Source of the DNA: Cycas panzhihuaensis
Taxonomy: Eukaryota; Plantae; Cycadophyta
DNA length: 64,000 nt
Assembly (NCBI GenBank): GCA_023213395.1
Contig: CM041465.1
Location: forward strand, 173,607,741-173,671,740
Reading direction: 5' to 3'
This document shows, piece by piece, positions 10,734 through 25,416 of the stretch (positions within the stretch are counted from its first letter, which is position 1; every line of letters begins with the position of its first letter). The notes beneath the pieces were generated by a model. That model did not search any database. It saw nothing but the letters and a program-made list of their open reading frames with translations, and had not been told where the DNA came from. The position numbers and the translations under genes were made by a program.

Positions 10734-13262
10734 CTGCCAGATAGAGAAGGATCATGAGAAACTGAATAAATTTGAAAAGAAGTTTCAATGACAGTCATAA
10801 AACTCGTCTTGTGCAAGAAACAACAAAATCCAGAGATATTATCATGGAAAACATCCATGTGAAAATTTACTATATGCAGGATTAGTACATGATCTGTAGG
10901 GAAACTAAACATGAAAGAGGATACAAAAAACCAAATAGACCCAAGAAGAAACTCGGTTACAAAAAATATCGGAGAAAACAGATACAATGCTTCAAACAAA
11001 ATAAAACCAAGCAGCAGTCCCAGGAACAGAAAATGTAAAAAAAGAGAGCAAGAGAGATACCATGGATGGAAATCAGTCAAGAATGGAAAACAAAGACAGA
11101 CAAGGCAAATACTAAAACTCCCCAAAGATAACAAAGAGCATTGTTATAGAATGGCATGGCTTGTGATCCTAGAATCCAATGACAACAAAAAGGAGAGTGA
11201 TATGAACAGACAAACAGAATCTATGAAACAACATCAACTAATGTCAGAATGAAGGGAAGTTGAAAAACAAGGCAGACATTTGCAGAAGAGGTAACACATA
11301 AAATTGCTGAGATGACGAAAATATGACATGAAATTGGAAGGGAGGTTTGGCAACAGTGACCATAACATAAGGAAGAACAAGACGATAACGAAGTATATTA
11401 AACAATGAGAGATTGTTCCCTTCATAAGGTCCACCAAAATGACCATGGTCTAAGAAGGAACCAAAAGCACAGATGTTGAATAAAATTTTACTTAAGTGGG
11501 AGGGCTTCCTAACCACAGAATGGACAAAAGGGAAGATGTAATTCTTCAATGACAGTAGATTGGAAAATAAGATTAATCATCTGGAATATAGAGCTCAAGA
11601 AGGCAACTAAACAAAAAATTTGGAAACTTGAATAACTGCAAAAATTTGGCAGCAGGACTTCAGCGCAACAAAAAATCCCAGAATTTGGTGATGCACATGA
11701 AAGATGAAACATTGTGAGTGTATACAGAAAAATATACTATATAGATTCATACACCAACGCTTATAAACAAAAGGCTATTAAACAGGCCACTCTATAGTGA
11801 GACTTCCAAACCAACATTGGTTTACCCCTGAAAAGCAAGATTTAATGCCAAAGGGAGAAATGACCTTAATTGACAATATGGAGGGGAAAACATGAAAGCA
11901 ACATGCAGAAGGTTAGAAAGAGCCTGTCTATATCATAACAATATTGTAGCTAAGCAATTCTTCCCAGAAATAAATTTAATTGGTAAAATGGAAGTGAAGA
12001 CGAATGCAACATTCAGAAGGTTAGACGTGGCTTGTGTGTCCTACAGGAGTATAGGAGCCAAAAACTGTTTTCCAAGCTAGACAAACAGAGGACTACAGAA
12101 GGCATAAAACTCAAGAACATTGATACAGATGGTGAAAACAATAAAATAGAGATGCAAAGATGATAAAATCCATAGTCAGACCAAAATACATTTCTTCGAT
12201 GTTTTGAAACATTCCATAGAATCCATAAGGTGGAGAAAAAGACAAAGAACTGGTAATGTTAGCAAACAACTTAATCAAACCCAACTGGTCGGAATGGAAA
12301 ACAGGCTTGAAAACATGGTTTCAAGACGTATACTTGTCCCACAATCATTGAACCTTAAATCCAGCCAAGCTAAAAGACAATTTCAGAGAAAAAATTATGG
12401 ACTGTGATAAAGGAAATGGCTAAAGATTTCCCCTCAAAACTGGATGGGTTAACAATCAAACAGCACAAGACATTCTCAAGTGTTACCCAAGGATCAATGA
12501 AACCCAGGACCATGGATTACGGTAAATTTACATAATGCATGCCAAAATGCAAGAAGCAAGACTTGTTTTTAAGGTGGAGGCCAAACAGACAGAGGAGCTA
12601 ATCCTGATATTAATTCTAGGATACTTCTCTGCTATTGTGAATGCAAGGAACCCATCAACCTGTCAACAAGTCATCTGCAAATGCCTACCCAACTAAAATG
12701 ATGAAACATGCTTCACAAAGAGAAATTGCTTCCTTACAGTTGTGATACCCCAGCAATCAAAGGCGCCTTTGAAACTGGGAAGATATCAATTATTTTGCAA
12801 TTATGATCTTAAAGATATGAAATCAAATTGAGATCCATAGGTCATCTCATAGAGCTTCTGATAGCCTTCAAAACAAGTGGATGTAGGGCTCGAGGAGATA
12901 ACATATAAGAGAGTTATGGTGGTTTTAAGATGGGGTGTCTCATTTCTATCCTCAATGGAGGCCAACTTCACCTTGGAATAATGAATGTAATTGCTTGAGA
13001 CTAACTTCACTCTATAATAATTAATAATTTGGGATGTGGTTCCCATGTATAAGGAATGAACGGTCAGTTGGAAAGGCAAGTATGAAAGATTCTGTTTTGC
13101 TCTGCATAAAGAGGTGCATTTCTGGACATTCCCTTACCTCAAAAAGGAGAAGCAATCTGTGCTATCCACTGCTTGAACATCTGTGTAGGCAAACTGTAAT
13201 GGAGATAAGTGAACTATTGTGATCATTTTTTGTGTATTGTGGACATCTTATTTTATTATTTC

Positions 13263-16200
13263 TGTAGCGATCTAGTTCTACTTTTATAGCAATTTTCCTC
13301 AAAAATACAGGTAATAATCCACAAAAATAATAACTAGATGTTATTCAACAAGAAAACGAACAAGGAACGGGAACTACCGAATTCACAGAAATAAATAATA
13401 ATCTCTATTGTAAAATAATACCAAAAATAGAGCGAAATTACAACAAAATACCAGTCTTTCCTAAAGAAGTGAGCTTCCCTCTTTGAGGCGAGGAACCCTT
13501 GAAACTGCAACCCCAAAATGGGTGAGCTAATTGCAGCCCCAGAACTGAAAATGTGCAACCAAAGAACCTCCAAATGATGATTTGGGATGCGGCCCAAACT
13601 TCCTATATATAGAGATCAAAATACTTCAATTAGAAGTCGGCCAAACTGAGTGATATTATCCTTAATACTGCTTAAATAGAAGTCGGCCAGAACTTCTCCA
13701 AAACTGGCAGGCTAACTTTAAATGGCCATAACTTTTGATAGAGATGTCAAAATTGACTTTCGTTTGAACCGTTGGAATCCTTATTCAGAGGCCTTTGATT
13801 TGAATGGTTACATAGCATAGTTTTGACTAGATTTTGGAATATTACAAGTCCCTCCCTTTCAAAACACGCTTTGCCCTCAAAGCATTGGTAAGGGCCCATT
13901 TTTTTTGCATCCATTCTTTAGACTCCCACATTGCATCTTCAAGCTCCAATGTCTTCCATTTGATGAGATATTCTTTTATTATCCTAGATTGCAAATTCTT
14001 GTCCCAAGTCTTCAATATCCCCTCAAGTTCCACTATCATCATTCCTTCTTCATCAAGTGTTGGCAAATTTGTTTGTGGAGCCTCCTTTGCACCCAACTTT
14101 TTCTTTAAACAAGACACATGGAAGATATTATGGATTTTGCTTTCTGGTGGCAGTTTTAACTGATATGCCACTTCCCCTATGCATTCCTCAATTTGATATG
14201 GTCCAAAGAATCTTGGTGATAATTTATGTTGATTATTTTGTTTCATCGACATCTGTTTGTAGGGTTCGAGTCTTAAGAATACCCATTCTCCTATTTCAAA
14301 ACTCCGTTCAGATCTCTTTCTATTTGCTTGTTGCTTCATCCTATTCTTCACCATCTCCAAATTATTCTTTAGTATTCGAATTGTTTCTTGCATTTGTTGC
14401 AGATTTTCTTGGACTGTTTGCACTTTAGATGTATTTAGCCAATTCAAGAGTGATGGAGGTTCATACCTATATAGTGCTTGAAATAGCGACATTTTTGCCG
14501 CTGCGTGGTATGTGGTGTTATACCACCATTCTGCCAGATGTAGCCATCGATGCCATTAAATACATTTGCTCGATCTGATGCGAAGTTTCTTAAGTATCCT
14601 TCCACACATTTGTTAACTATTTCTGTCTGGCCATCTGTCTGCGGATGTTATGTTGAGCTCATATGTAGGCTAGTGCTGACTGATTTGAACAGCTTCTTCC
14701 AAAAGTAACTTGTGAATTTGGGATCCCTGTTGCTGGACTATAACTTTTGGAAAGCCATGTAATCTGTGAATTTCTTTCATAAGTAATTCTGCTATTTGGC
14801 TTGATTTTGATCCTATCTGAGTTCCCCTGAAATGGGCGTATTTAGTTAATCTGTCTACCACTACAAAAATTGCATCTCTTCCTTCTGAACGTAGAAGACC
14901 TGTAATAAAATCCATAGAAATTTCTTCCCATTTTTGATGGGGAATGGGAAGGGGTTGTAGCAACCCAGGGGTCTTCATAGATTCAGTCTTATTCCTTTGA
15001 CATGTATCACATTCTGATATAAACCGGAGGACGTCAGATTTCAACCCTTTCCAGTAAACAAGCTTCAAAGCCTTCTATAAGTCTTATCCATCCTTGAATG
15101 TCCTGAAACCAGAGTTGAGTGAGCTTCTTGAAGTAGTGATTCTTTTAATTTACTTGTCTTTGGAACGAATATTTCTCCTTTCCTTATAATTAATTCTCCC
15201 TGCTCCATGAATTGCACTGCTTTTCCTTCTCTGATCTTTTGCCTTATTTCTTGTGATATCTTGTCGTCTTCATATTCCTTTGCCAACTCTGTTGTCCATT
15301 TTGGAGTTGCTATTGTTATTGAATTGGCTGATGCTTCAATCTTTCCTTCCTGTGGTAGTCTGGATAGAGCATCTGCTATTACGTTTTCTTTTCCCTTTTT
15401 GTATTCTATGGTGAAGTCGAAAGTCTGCAACTTACTGACCCACTTTTGTTGCTCATCAGATAACGCCTTTTGATTCAGAAAGTACTTAAAGCTTTCATGA
15501 TCAGTTCTAACCACAAATCTGCTCCCTAATAAATACTGCCTCCATTGGTGTATTGCGTGCATAATGGCCAACATCTCTTTGTCATATATCGGTTTCATTT
15601 TTTTCCCTATTATTCAGCTTCCGGCTTTCATAAGCTATAGGCCTTCCTCCCTGTAACAGAACTACTCCTATTCCAAAACCTGAAGCATCACATTCCAATG
15701 TGAATGGTTGAATGAAATCTGGTAAGGCCAATACTGGAGCTATAATCATTGCTTGTTTTAATTCTTGAAACACTCCTTCTGCTCCTGGATTCTATTTGAA
15801 CGCATCTCTTTTGGTAAGGTCTGTTAGTGGTGATGCTATGTGTGCACACCCTTTTATAAACTTTCTCAGAAATCCCGCTGCGCCCAAAAAACTTCTTACT
15901 CCTGTGACATTCTTCGGGGTTGGCCAGTTTACAATTGCTTGGATCTTTTTTGAATCAATTTTGATTCCTTCGCCTGTGATAATGTGGCCCAGATACTCTA
16001 ATTCCTCTTTTGTGAAAGAACACTTTTTCTTATTTGCAAACAGTTATGCTTTCTCAAGTATGAGCAAAACTGCCTTTATATGTTCCATATGTTCCTCCCA
16101 TGCTTTACTATAGATCAGGATATCGTCAAAGAAAACCAACACAAATTTCCTCAAAACATGTTTTAATATTGAATTCATTGTGCTTTGGAAAATAGCTGGA

Positions 16201-19031
16201 GCATTTGTTAAGTCGAAAGGCATAACCCTAAATTCAAACAACCCTTCATACATTCTGAATGCAGTTTTGTAGACATTTTCTTCTTTGACCCTTATTTGGT
16301 AGTATCCTGAGCGCAAATCTATCTTTGAAAAGTATCGGGCTCCATGTAACTCATCTAACAAATCTTCAATCCTTGGGATAGGATACCGATTCTTTATGGT
16401 CAATTTATTCAGGCCACAATAATCCACACACATTCTGTAAGATCCATCCTTCTTTAGACTGACCACCACGGGAGAGGCAAATGGACTCGTGCTTATCACC
16501 ACTACACCTTGGAGTAACAGTTCTTGTGTGATTTTTTCAATTTCCTTCATGAGATGATAAGGATGTCTATATGGAGGAATGCTGACTGGTATTGCTCTGG
16601 GGATAAGGTCTATTGTGTGTTCTAATTCCCTTTTCGGTGGTAGTCCTTAGGGTTCTTCAAAAACTCTCTGATGTTTTTCTAAGATTGCCTGAATCTCTGG
16701 GGGAATGTCTTCTATTTCTACTTTGTAACATGACATTATGTATGCCTGCAGATCCTTCTTTAGAATTTTTTCCATCCTATGAGATGATACAAGGTGAACT
16801 GGAGGTGTGGCTGGGGCTTGTGGTCGATATTTGCGTCCTTTTTGTCGGAAACACATAAATCTTGTCATATAGTTGGTAACAATGTTTCCTAGCGTTTGTA
16901 GCCATTGAATCCCCAAAACTGCGTCCACTCCACCTATAGGCATGGCAAACATACAAGTTGTGACCTTGTAATCATTAATCTAGAGAGTTGTATCTTTGTA
17001 GTATCCTCCACGTGGCGTTGTTCTCCCATTTGCTATTGACACCTGGAAGGTGTTGAGGGGTTTCACTTGTAATCCCATTTTTTCTGTTGCTGCCTTGTTT
17101 AAAATTATGTGTACTTCCACTGTCAACCAAAATTGATACTGGTGTTCCCTTGATTTGTCCTTGGAATCTTAGGGTTTGCGGGGATACCTATTGCCCTATA
17201 ATGGCCTACAATGAGATTTGGACATTCCCTGTATCCACTTCCAAAAGTTCATCTTCCTCCCTTTCTATGCTCTGGTCTTGTTCTACTTCTTCCTCTGTTT
17301 CTTCTGGTATTTCTGCATCCTCATTATTGATCATGAAAACCTTCTTTACCGGACACTGGTGTTCCTTATTCCATTTTCCTCAACACTTGAAACATGTCCC
17401 TTTTCTTATATGCTCCTCTTTTGTTGTTCCTGAGCTTTCTCATGTATTTCTTATAGCTAATGGAGGATTTGCCTTTGTTCCTGATTTTGCCCAATTAATA
17501 TTCTGGGTCTGATATGATGGTGGCTCATATCTCCTTGTATGTGTTGGTCTACTGTCTCTGAGTTCTGCCTCTACATTTTTTGCTATCCAAATTGCTACTT
17601 GGAGTTGAGGTGGATCTGCTGCTTTAACTCTAAATTTGATCTGATTTTTCAATCCACTAATATAAGTCTCCAGTAAACATTCCTGTGGTATTTTTTCTCA
17701 GACCATACATTGTAGAATTTGAAACTGTTCTGTATATTCTTGGACTGTTCCTTGTTGTTATAATCGTATTAATTGAGCAAAGTAATCCGTGTTCCAAGAA
17801 TCGTCGTATTGCTCTATTAATCCTCCTCTTAAATTCTCCCAAGTCTATTGTATTGGTAAATTCATCTTTTGCCACCCATAGTACCATCTTAATGCCCTTC
17901 TGTTTAAGTGTAAGGATGCTATTTCCATCTTTTCCTTAGCTGTTGAGTTATAGACCCTAAAATAATTCTCCATTTGTAAGATCCAATTTGTGATATTCTT
18001 GGATACTTCGAGATCAAATTTTTCCAAGGATAATCTTGCTCCTTTCCATCCATTATCCATGTTGGAAGTTCTCCTCTCATAAACTCGTCCATCAAATCTA
18101 TTCCCCTGCTTTTCTTGATTGTTCCAAGTATCTATCTGATCTATTCCTGATGCATTGTTGTTATCCATTTCTCCACCCAACACATTCTGTGTTGCTTGAT
18201 CTACTTTTGCTAGTAACTCCTGGATTAAGATAGTTAAAGCCTTTATGCTCTGATTTAATTCTGATCGCCTTTAAATTTTTTCCTTTGAGGTTCTAGATTA
18301 GGCTGCCATCTTCTTGGGAATGAAGTTTTTCCCTGATCTCAATTCCATTTCTATTTCCCTTAGAGGGAGGGGGGGGGGGGGATTTTTCGACCTTTTTTGT
18401 GCTTTTACCTTTGCCTTTTCCCTTCTAAATGAAGCTCTGATACCACTTGTAGTGATCTAGTTCTACTTTTATAGCAATTTTCCTCAAAAATATGGGTAAT
18501 AATCCACAAAAATAATAACTAGATGTTATTCAACAAGAAAACGAACAAGGAACAGGAACTACCGAATTCACAGAAGTAAATAATAATCTCTATTGTAAAA
18601 TAATACCAAAAATAGAGCGAAATTACAACAAAATACCAGTCTTTCTTGAAGAAGTGAGCTTCCCTCTTCGAGGCAAGGAACCCTCCAAACTGCAACCCCC
18701 AAATGGGCGAGTTAATTGCAGCCCCAGAACTGAAAATGCGCAACCAAAGAACCTCTGAATGATGATTTGAAATGCGGTCCAAACTTCCTATATATAGAGA
18801 TCAAAATACTTCAATTAGAAGTCGGCCAAACTAGGTGACATTATCCTTAATACCGCTTAAATAGAAGTCGGCCAAAACTTCTCCAAAACTGGTAGGCTAA
18901 CTTTAAACGGTCATAACTTTTGATAGAGATGTCGGAATTGACTTTCGTCTGAACCATTGGAATCCTTATTCAGAGGCCTTCGATTTGAATGGCTACATAT
19001 CATAATTTTGACTAGATTTTGGAATATTACA
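13263..19031 (-). mobile_element. Full-length Ty3/Gypsy chromovirus (Reina/IFG-like), decayed; 'C'
   Basis: 584-bp LTRs at 13263-13846 and 18448-19031 (~36 differences by eye, mostly transitions), TSD ATTTC, tRNA-Met PBS at 18434-18445, PPT at 13847-13862. Gag-PR-RT(FFDD)-RH-INT with a chromodomain (EYLIKWK...WES). Confidence 0.96.
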
Positions 19032-20024
19032 ATTTCAGACATCTGTTATAGCTATATTTGCACCTATTATTCATCTATTTAGCCATTGTAATACTTTATA
19101 TCATTGTTGTACTTCATCTATTGCAATTGTACTACCCTCTATTACTGTTATACAATCATTTGCTTCACATTTACAGCTGTAACTTTCATCATTCTAGTGC
19201 TATAATTTTTTTAAAATTTTGTTATAAATTAATTATTTATCTACTATGCTGTTATTAATTACTATTGTAATCTCTTTATTTCTTCTTGTGTTACTGTTGT
19301 ATTGTTATCATTTACTAAGATTAACTGCCCTAAAACAATAGGATGCAGTATAATCTCAATAGGGGATTGCTGCTAATGGTATTTAAATGGAAAAATGTGC
19401 ATAAGGAGAAGCAAGTTGGGATGGTGAATTATGGTGGCAATAGCGTCTGCCTATATCCATATTTTAAGTGCAAAGCATCATAATTAAAAAATGGGAAAAG
19501 AGGACGGGGCTTGCAGGGGATGGAAATTGTTGTGTTTTCACTCCCTAGTGGATAGCAACACCTTTATAACTAAGAAGAGATTAAGTTTTTTGCAATTATG
19601 ATCTTAAATAAATAAAATTAAGTTGAGATCCATGGATCGTGTAGAGCTTCTCATTGCCTTCGAAATAAGTGGTTGTGGACCTCAACAAGATGGTGTAGAA
19701 GAAAGTTACACCAATTTTAAGACTGCGTGTGTTGTTCTTGTCCCCAATGAAAGCCAACTTCATCTTAGAATAATGCATTTACTTGAGGCAAACTTCACCT
19801 CAAAATAATAAATATAATTGCTAGAGACCAATTTCACTCTAAAATAATTAATATTTCGAGGGTTGTTCCCAAATATAAGGAATTAGCAGGACATTTAGAA
19901 AGGCAAGCCTAGGATATTTTTTGCTTTGCTCTTTGTGGAAGGAGGAGCACTTATGGAGGTTGCCTTACTTCGGAAAGGGATATCAATCTATGGTATACAT
20001 TGTTGAAACATCTGTGAAGGCAAA

Positions 20025-23000
20025 TGTTACATGTCTAATCATGTGAAGTCGGTTTTTTAATGAGAGAGCATTAGACGTCAATTTTGAGAGAGAGAAAATA
20101 GGCCCAGCCTAGGGCTATAAATAGAGGAACAACATTCATTTGTAATCATCTTAGAGAATTTGCATTTGATTTGAAATCATGGCCTAGGGCCATTAGAGCA
20201 CTGTTGTGCCACTACGAGGAAACCCTTGCCTCAAAGAGAGCAACTATTTTTGAATTCTCATCTAAAATACTTTCATTTATTGTTATAATTCTGATATTAT
20301 TTATGTTAAGATGTTATTTTCTAAGTTATTTATGGTGTAATGGCTATATTTCTATTATAAAATTGTGGGCACACCACAACTAGTATCAGAGCCAAATTGA
20401 CTACAAAGGATATTTGCTTGGTGAATCTAATTCAAACATCAAAAACTGTTGGGGAAAGGTATTTCAAGTAGTAGCCACTTGTCGCAAGATGAATATCCAG
20501 GAGAAGCGATTGAGGGAACAACTTGACATCCAGTTTGGAAGAGTTTCTGCATAACTGGGATTGCATATCGATCTAGTTAGGAGGCACAACGTATTGCACA
20601 TAGTTGTTGATTTGGTAGGTGGATCAATCTTTGTAAGGGCAAACTTCTCGAACATAAAATTAGAGGGGCATCATAGAGATTATATGAGGAGATTATTGGC
20701 AATCTATAGGAGGAAAGGGACACAAGCAAGGGGAATTCAAGTGTTTATGGAGACACTGAAAAGCTTCACAGGAGAGGATGTCATCAAGTCATTGAGTAGG
20801 CTGGCCTTGGGGCAAACCACGTTTCAAAATGACTTTTTTCTTTTTAAAAAACAAAAAACAAAGAGCCTCATTGTATTAAAAGTGCAAAAGGAAAGAGATT
20901 ACAAAATTATTGGCATGACAACATTCAATTTCTCAAGTTATAAGCATTAGAATTATAAGAAGAGTATTAGAAAGAGATTGAGATAAAGGCTTTCAAAGAG
21001 AGGTGAGGTGAGGAGAACGTTGGAGCCATAAGCGAATTTCCATGTGAATGTGGATGGAAACATGCTTAAAGGTTGGAACAACGTCCTGAAAATGGACCAT
21101 ATTCCGAAATTTCCAGATCTCGTAGGGAGTAGACGATGAACTAGAGCTCTAGAAGGTGGAGTCTATTGTTGAGCCATTTGTGTGTGAGAGACCAACTTCA
21201 GTTAACAACGAATTGGAATGGAGAAACTTGAGGAGTAGCAAAAGCAATGAAGCCCTAATCAAGATCAAAGATTTGCATATGAGTAGCCCCTAACTTACAA
21301 AGAAGGAAATGATTCCACCAAATGTGATCGAAAGAATCATTAGGGAGACCACAGCCAAGACTGAAAGACTATCCCTAGATATGCCATGAGATCCAGGTGT
21401 CCCAATGGATGAAAGCTATGTAAAGTATGCATCAATGAGTGGCCTTGTGCTTTGAATGGGCTTTGTTCCACCAAATCCAATCCCAATTGGCATCAACTTG
21501 GACCTGACGCAAACTGTGCTAGTGTCGATCATAGTAAAAGTCCTTGGGATCAAAAATTTAAGTTCGAGATAAAACCAAATACATTCCTCCTGTTCTAGCT
21601 TCCTTGTGTAAACAAGAGGCACGACCTGCTACAACTCGAAAGAGAGGTGGCTGACACCCTAAATTAGGTTATTGTCTAAAAATCCATTGCCATCCATAAT
21701 CAACGAAGGGAGATCCTTCCACTTTTTATTATGAAAATCGTGAAAATGAGAAACTCGAGTAAGTTATAAATAGAGTAGAACTAAAGAGAGCACTAGGAAA
21801 GCTTCACTTTGAGCGAAAGGTCGCATGCCAAGGGGGAGCCATTTATCAGTCCAGAAGTGAACGTTAGAACCTTTGAGACTTGAGCAAAGAATAGTATTGA
21901 ATTGCATGTGGTCTTGTGCTCTGAGCATAAGATTCTAGACCTTGAGCCTTTAATTGTAGGGCACGAGGAAACAAGCTGCATTTTAGTTTTCAAGGAGTTA
22001 TAGTATTTCCTGCACAAAATTTCAGCCCACTTATCTTCTTCATGCATCCAAAAATCCAATACACATTTGGCACCTAGAACCTCAACCATTGAAAATGGAT
22101 CCCTAATACCAAGGATACCCCAACCTTTATGACCCGTAATAGTGCTCCATTTTATAGGCTGATAGAAACAAGACTCCTAAGAAGATGACTTCCAAAGAAA
22201 GCGAGCAAGCATCCCCCTAATTGCTAAAAAGACAACCTTCAAAGCCTCCAAGAGAGACATAACAAAGTTTGGCATTTGGGTTGGAGTGGATTCTATGAGG
22301 TTGCATTGCCCTACCAGATTCTGTTGCTATATAGGCCAAGCCTCCAACTTGGACTTCATCTTAAGAATGTAAGGGCACCGATCAAAAACTTTTACTCAAT
22401 GAAGCCTAAGAGGCACACCAAGGTATTTGATAACAAGAGAGTCTTCAATGATAGGGATATGAAGCAAAGACGCCAGTCACTATTTAAGAGTCATGGGGAC
22501 TGCATTGAAAAGAAGAGTTGATTTGTTATAGTTTGTTGATTGTCCTGAGGCCATGCAGTAGATATGCAAAGCTTGCTCCCAAGCAAAAGTTTCCACCATT
22601 GTAGACTGGCCCATAAGGATCATATCATCAACAAAAATTTAATGTGTAGAATGTTCCACACCATCGATAAGCATACCATGCAGGACACCTACACTTTGCA
22701 ACCAATTTAGGAAAGAAGAAATCCCTTCAACAACAATGACAAACAGATAAGGAGACAACAGACAACCTTGTCTAATGCCATGGCTAATAGGAAAGAAGCA
22801 AGCAATGGAGCTGTTGATTTTGATAGCCATTGAGACAGAAGAGAGAAGACCCTTAATCTAGCATAGGTGGGCCCAGTCAATACCTTTGATCCGAAGCATA
22901 GCCAAAATGTAGTCCCACTCAATACTATCGTAGGCTTTATTCATGTCAAGTTTAAGAAGTGCGGGGTGCTTTTGATAATTTATGGAGTGGAAAGCTTTGG

Positions 23001-25416
23001 CCAAAAGTGTAATGCTGTCAATAATATGACACCCACTGACAAACATTGTTTGATTTTCATTTACCATGAATGGTAAGAAGCCTTTGCACTAGTTAGCAAT
23101 GATTTTGTAAGGGGTGTTGCAAATGCTAATGGGCCACTAATGATTAAGAGAGACAGGGTGACAAGTCTTGGGCAGGAGGGTAATTAAAGTAGCATTTATT
23201 GCTGGGAAAAGAAAGCCGAAATGTTGAGTATCATCAACAATGTCAACAAGCAGTTGAGGAAGCTTAGGGCATCAATGGCAAGAAAAAGTTCAATTCGAAA
23301 ACTGTCAGGGCCAGGAGATTAACCAAAAGGAAGCTTCTTAATTATATTCGAGACCTCATTAATAGTGACAAGTTGATTGAGGGAAGCATTAAGAGCTTGA
23401 CAATGGATCTCCTTGAGGGGTTGGATTTTGGAAAAAGGGGATATGGACTGCAACATCACGAGACTTACGGAAGATCCTTGAGTATCCAGACTTGATCATA
23501 ATAAGAATGAACAACATTTGCAATCTTGTGAGGAGATGAAAGGATCAGATTATTTTCCAATTGAATGGAGTTCAAAGCAATTAAATGGCATTTGGCTTTT
23601 GTTAAATGATTGAAAAATTTGGTGTTGCTGTCAACATTTAACTTCTAGTTAAGGTTCGCCCATGCTTTGTATTTAATTTTTTCATCTTGAAGAAGATCAA
23701 GAAATTCATCCTTGAGAGTACTTAGTTTAGCTTGCAACTACTGCGAGCTGTTGCCACTATCTATTATCTGATGGATGACCTGAATGTGTTTGACGAGGTT
23801 GAGTTTGGCCTCTTCAAGTCTTTGTTTATGAGCTTTCTCATAAGATTAAATGCGGCACTTGAGTCCCTCCATGATAAAGGTCTAGCGTTCCCCTAGGATT
23901 GAGAAGGAGCTTGAGCTCTGATATAATTGACACCACCAAGATTCAAAGATTTTTAGAAATCCTCTAGTCGAAGAAGCCAGACGTTGAACTTACAAAGCAC
24001 ATTTGGGATAGAGTGAGAGTCATGACTAGTGGAGAGATGAAGTAAGATTGGATGGTGGTTGGAGATATACCTTGTTGGAAGAGACACATAATGGGAATTT
24101 GTTATGGAGTGTCTGAGAGGGCTAGAGAGAGAGACACACACACAGTCTAAACGTTTTGCTATAAGATCACTACCCAAACGATTACTGGATCATGTATATT
24201 ATAGAGGGTTGTCCCAACAAAGTTCATCAAAATCATAGGTATCCTATAGAGCAGAGAACAAGGTGACATAAGATTGATAAGGCCATTTGAAACAACCCCC
24301 ATGCTTATGATTTGGGTGCTCAATAAAATTGAAGTCTCCTAACATGATAATGTGATCCTGCGTAGCTTATTGATCAGACGTAATCTCTAAAAGAATCTCC
24401 CTAGAATCCTTCCAGGTTTGGGAATTTGTAGCCCCATAAACATCAATGACCGACCATTTTTGTTGGTCCTCACAAAAGTGGAGACATAACCAATCATCAA
24501 ACTAACTAGAAAAATGAGAGATGAGATTCCAAACCTCTTGCCACAGGAAACGACGGCTCCCAGTAGAGCGATTCTGATAGATTACTTTCCAAGACACAGA
24601 AGGCCAAATGTTGTTGATAACCTTTTGCATCTCAGGCTCAAATGTCATATGAGTTTCAGTAAGAAACGAGAATTTTGCTGACCTCTCAAAATCAACCTGT
24701 TACCTCCTCATAAAACCTTTTTAATATTCTCAACCCTCCACATCCCTTGAGCAAGATCATTTGAGGACAAAATATGCAACAACAAAACAAGATTTTGGCT
24801 AGGTGCCATTAACATCACACAAGTCCTAGGACTATTTCTATACAGGATGGGATACACAATTCACTAGGTTAAAGACACAAGCATCTATAGGCTTAGGTTA
24901 CATATCAATTGTCTCCAAGAGAAGGCACAAGAGTGGACCAATTATTATGACATATAGGACTTAGCAGGTAGTGGATTAGAGAACATGTCAAAGTTGGCTC
25001 CAAGCAATTCCACATGCAACAAATTATATTTAAAGGGCAAAGTATTTTAAGAGGAGGGGAGTTGTTGCATGTCTAATTATGTGAAGTCGATTTTATAAGG
25101 AGAGAGAATAAGAAGTCGATTTTTAGAGAGGGAAAATAGGCCTAGCCTAGGGCTATAGATAGGGGAGTGTTATTCATTTGTAATCATCTTGGAGAATTCA
25201 CATCTAATTTGAAATGATGGCATGGGGCCATTAGAGCATTGTTGTGCCACTGGGAAGAAACCCTTGCCTCAAAGAGGGCAATTATTTTTGAATTCTTACC
25301 CGATATGCTTTCATCTATTGTTATAAATCTGCTGTTATTTATGTTGAGATGCTATTTTTGACTCATTTATGGTGTAAGTGTTATATTTCTATTATCAGAT
25401 TTGTGGGCATGCCACA
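20025..25416 (+). mobile_element. Small non-autonomous LTR element ('A1', TRIM-like, ~1.55 kb without its LINE insert)
   Basis: 354-bp LTRs at 20025-20378 and 25063-25416, PBS TAGTATCAGAGC at 20381, PPT GAGGAGGGGAG, TSD GCAAA/ACAAA. Confidence 0.88.
20834..24668 (-). mobile_element. 5'-truncated L1-type LINE (ORF2: APE endonuclease and RT), decayed
   Basis: Endonuclease motifs FLTETH, KRLD and SNHHPILL. RT motifs LKLDMNKAYDSIEW, GIRQGCLLSPYLF and FVDD. T-tract (polyA) at ~20834-20845. Confidence 0.88.

Noticed and set aside
12801-13079. Conserved small protein shared with 19596-19778
   Set aside because: Both lie in the homologous B repeats, with no recognisable domain and different ORF lengths.
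13334-13597. Duplicated 87-aa hydrophobic ORF (also 18519-18782)
   Set aside because: Both copies lie within the two LTRs of element C, so the similarity reflects LTR identity only.
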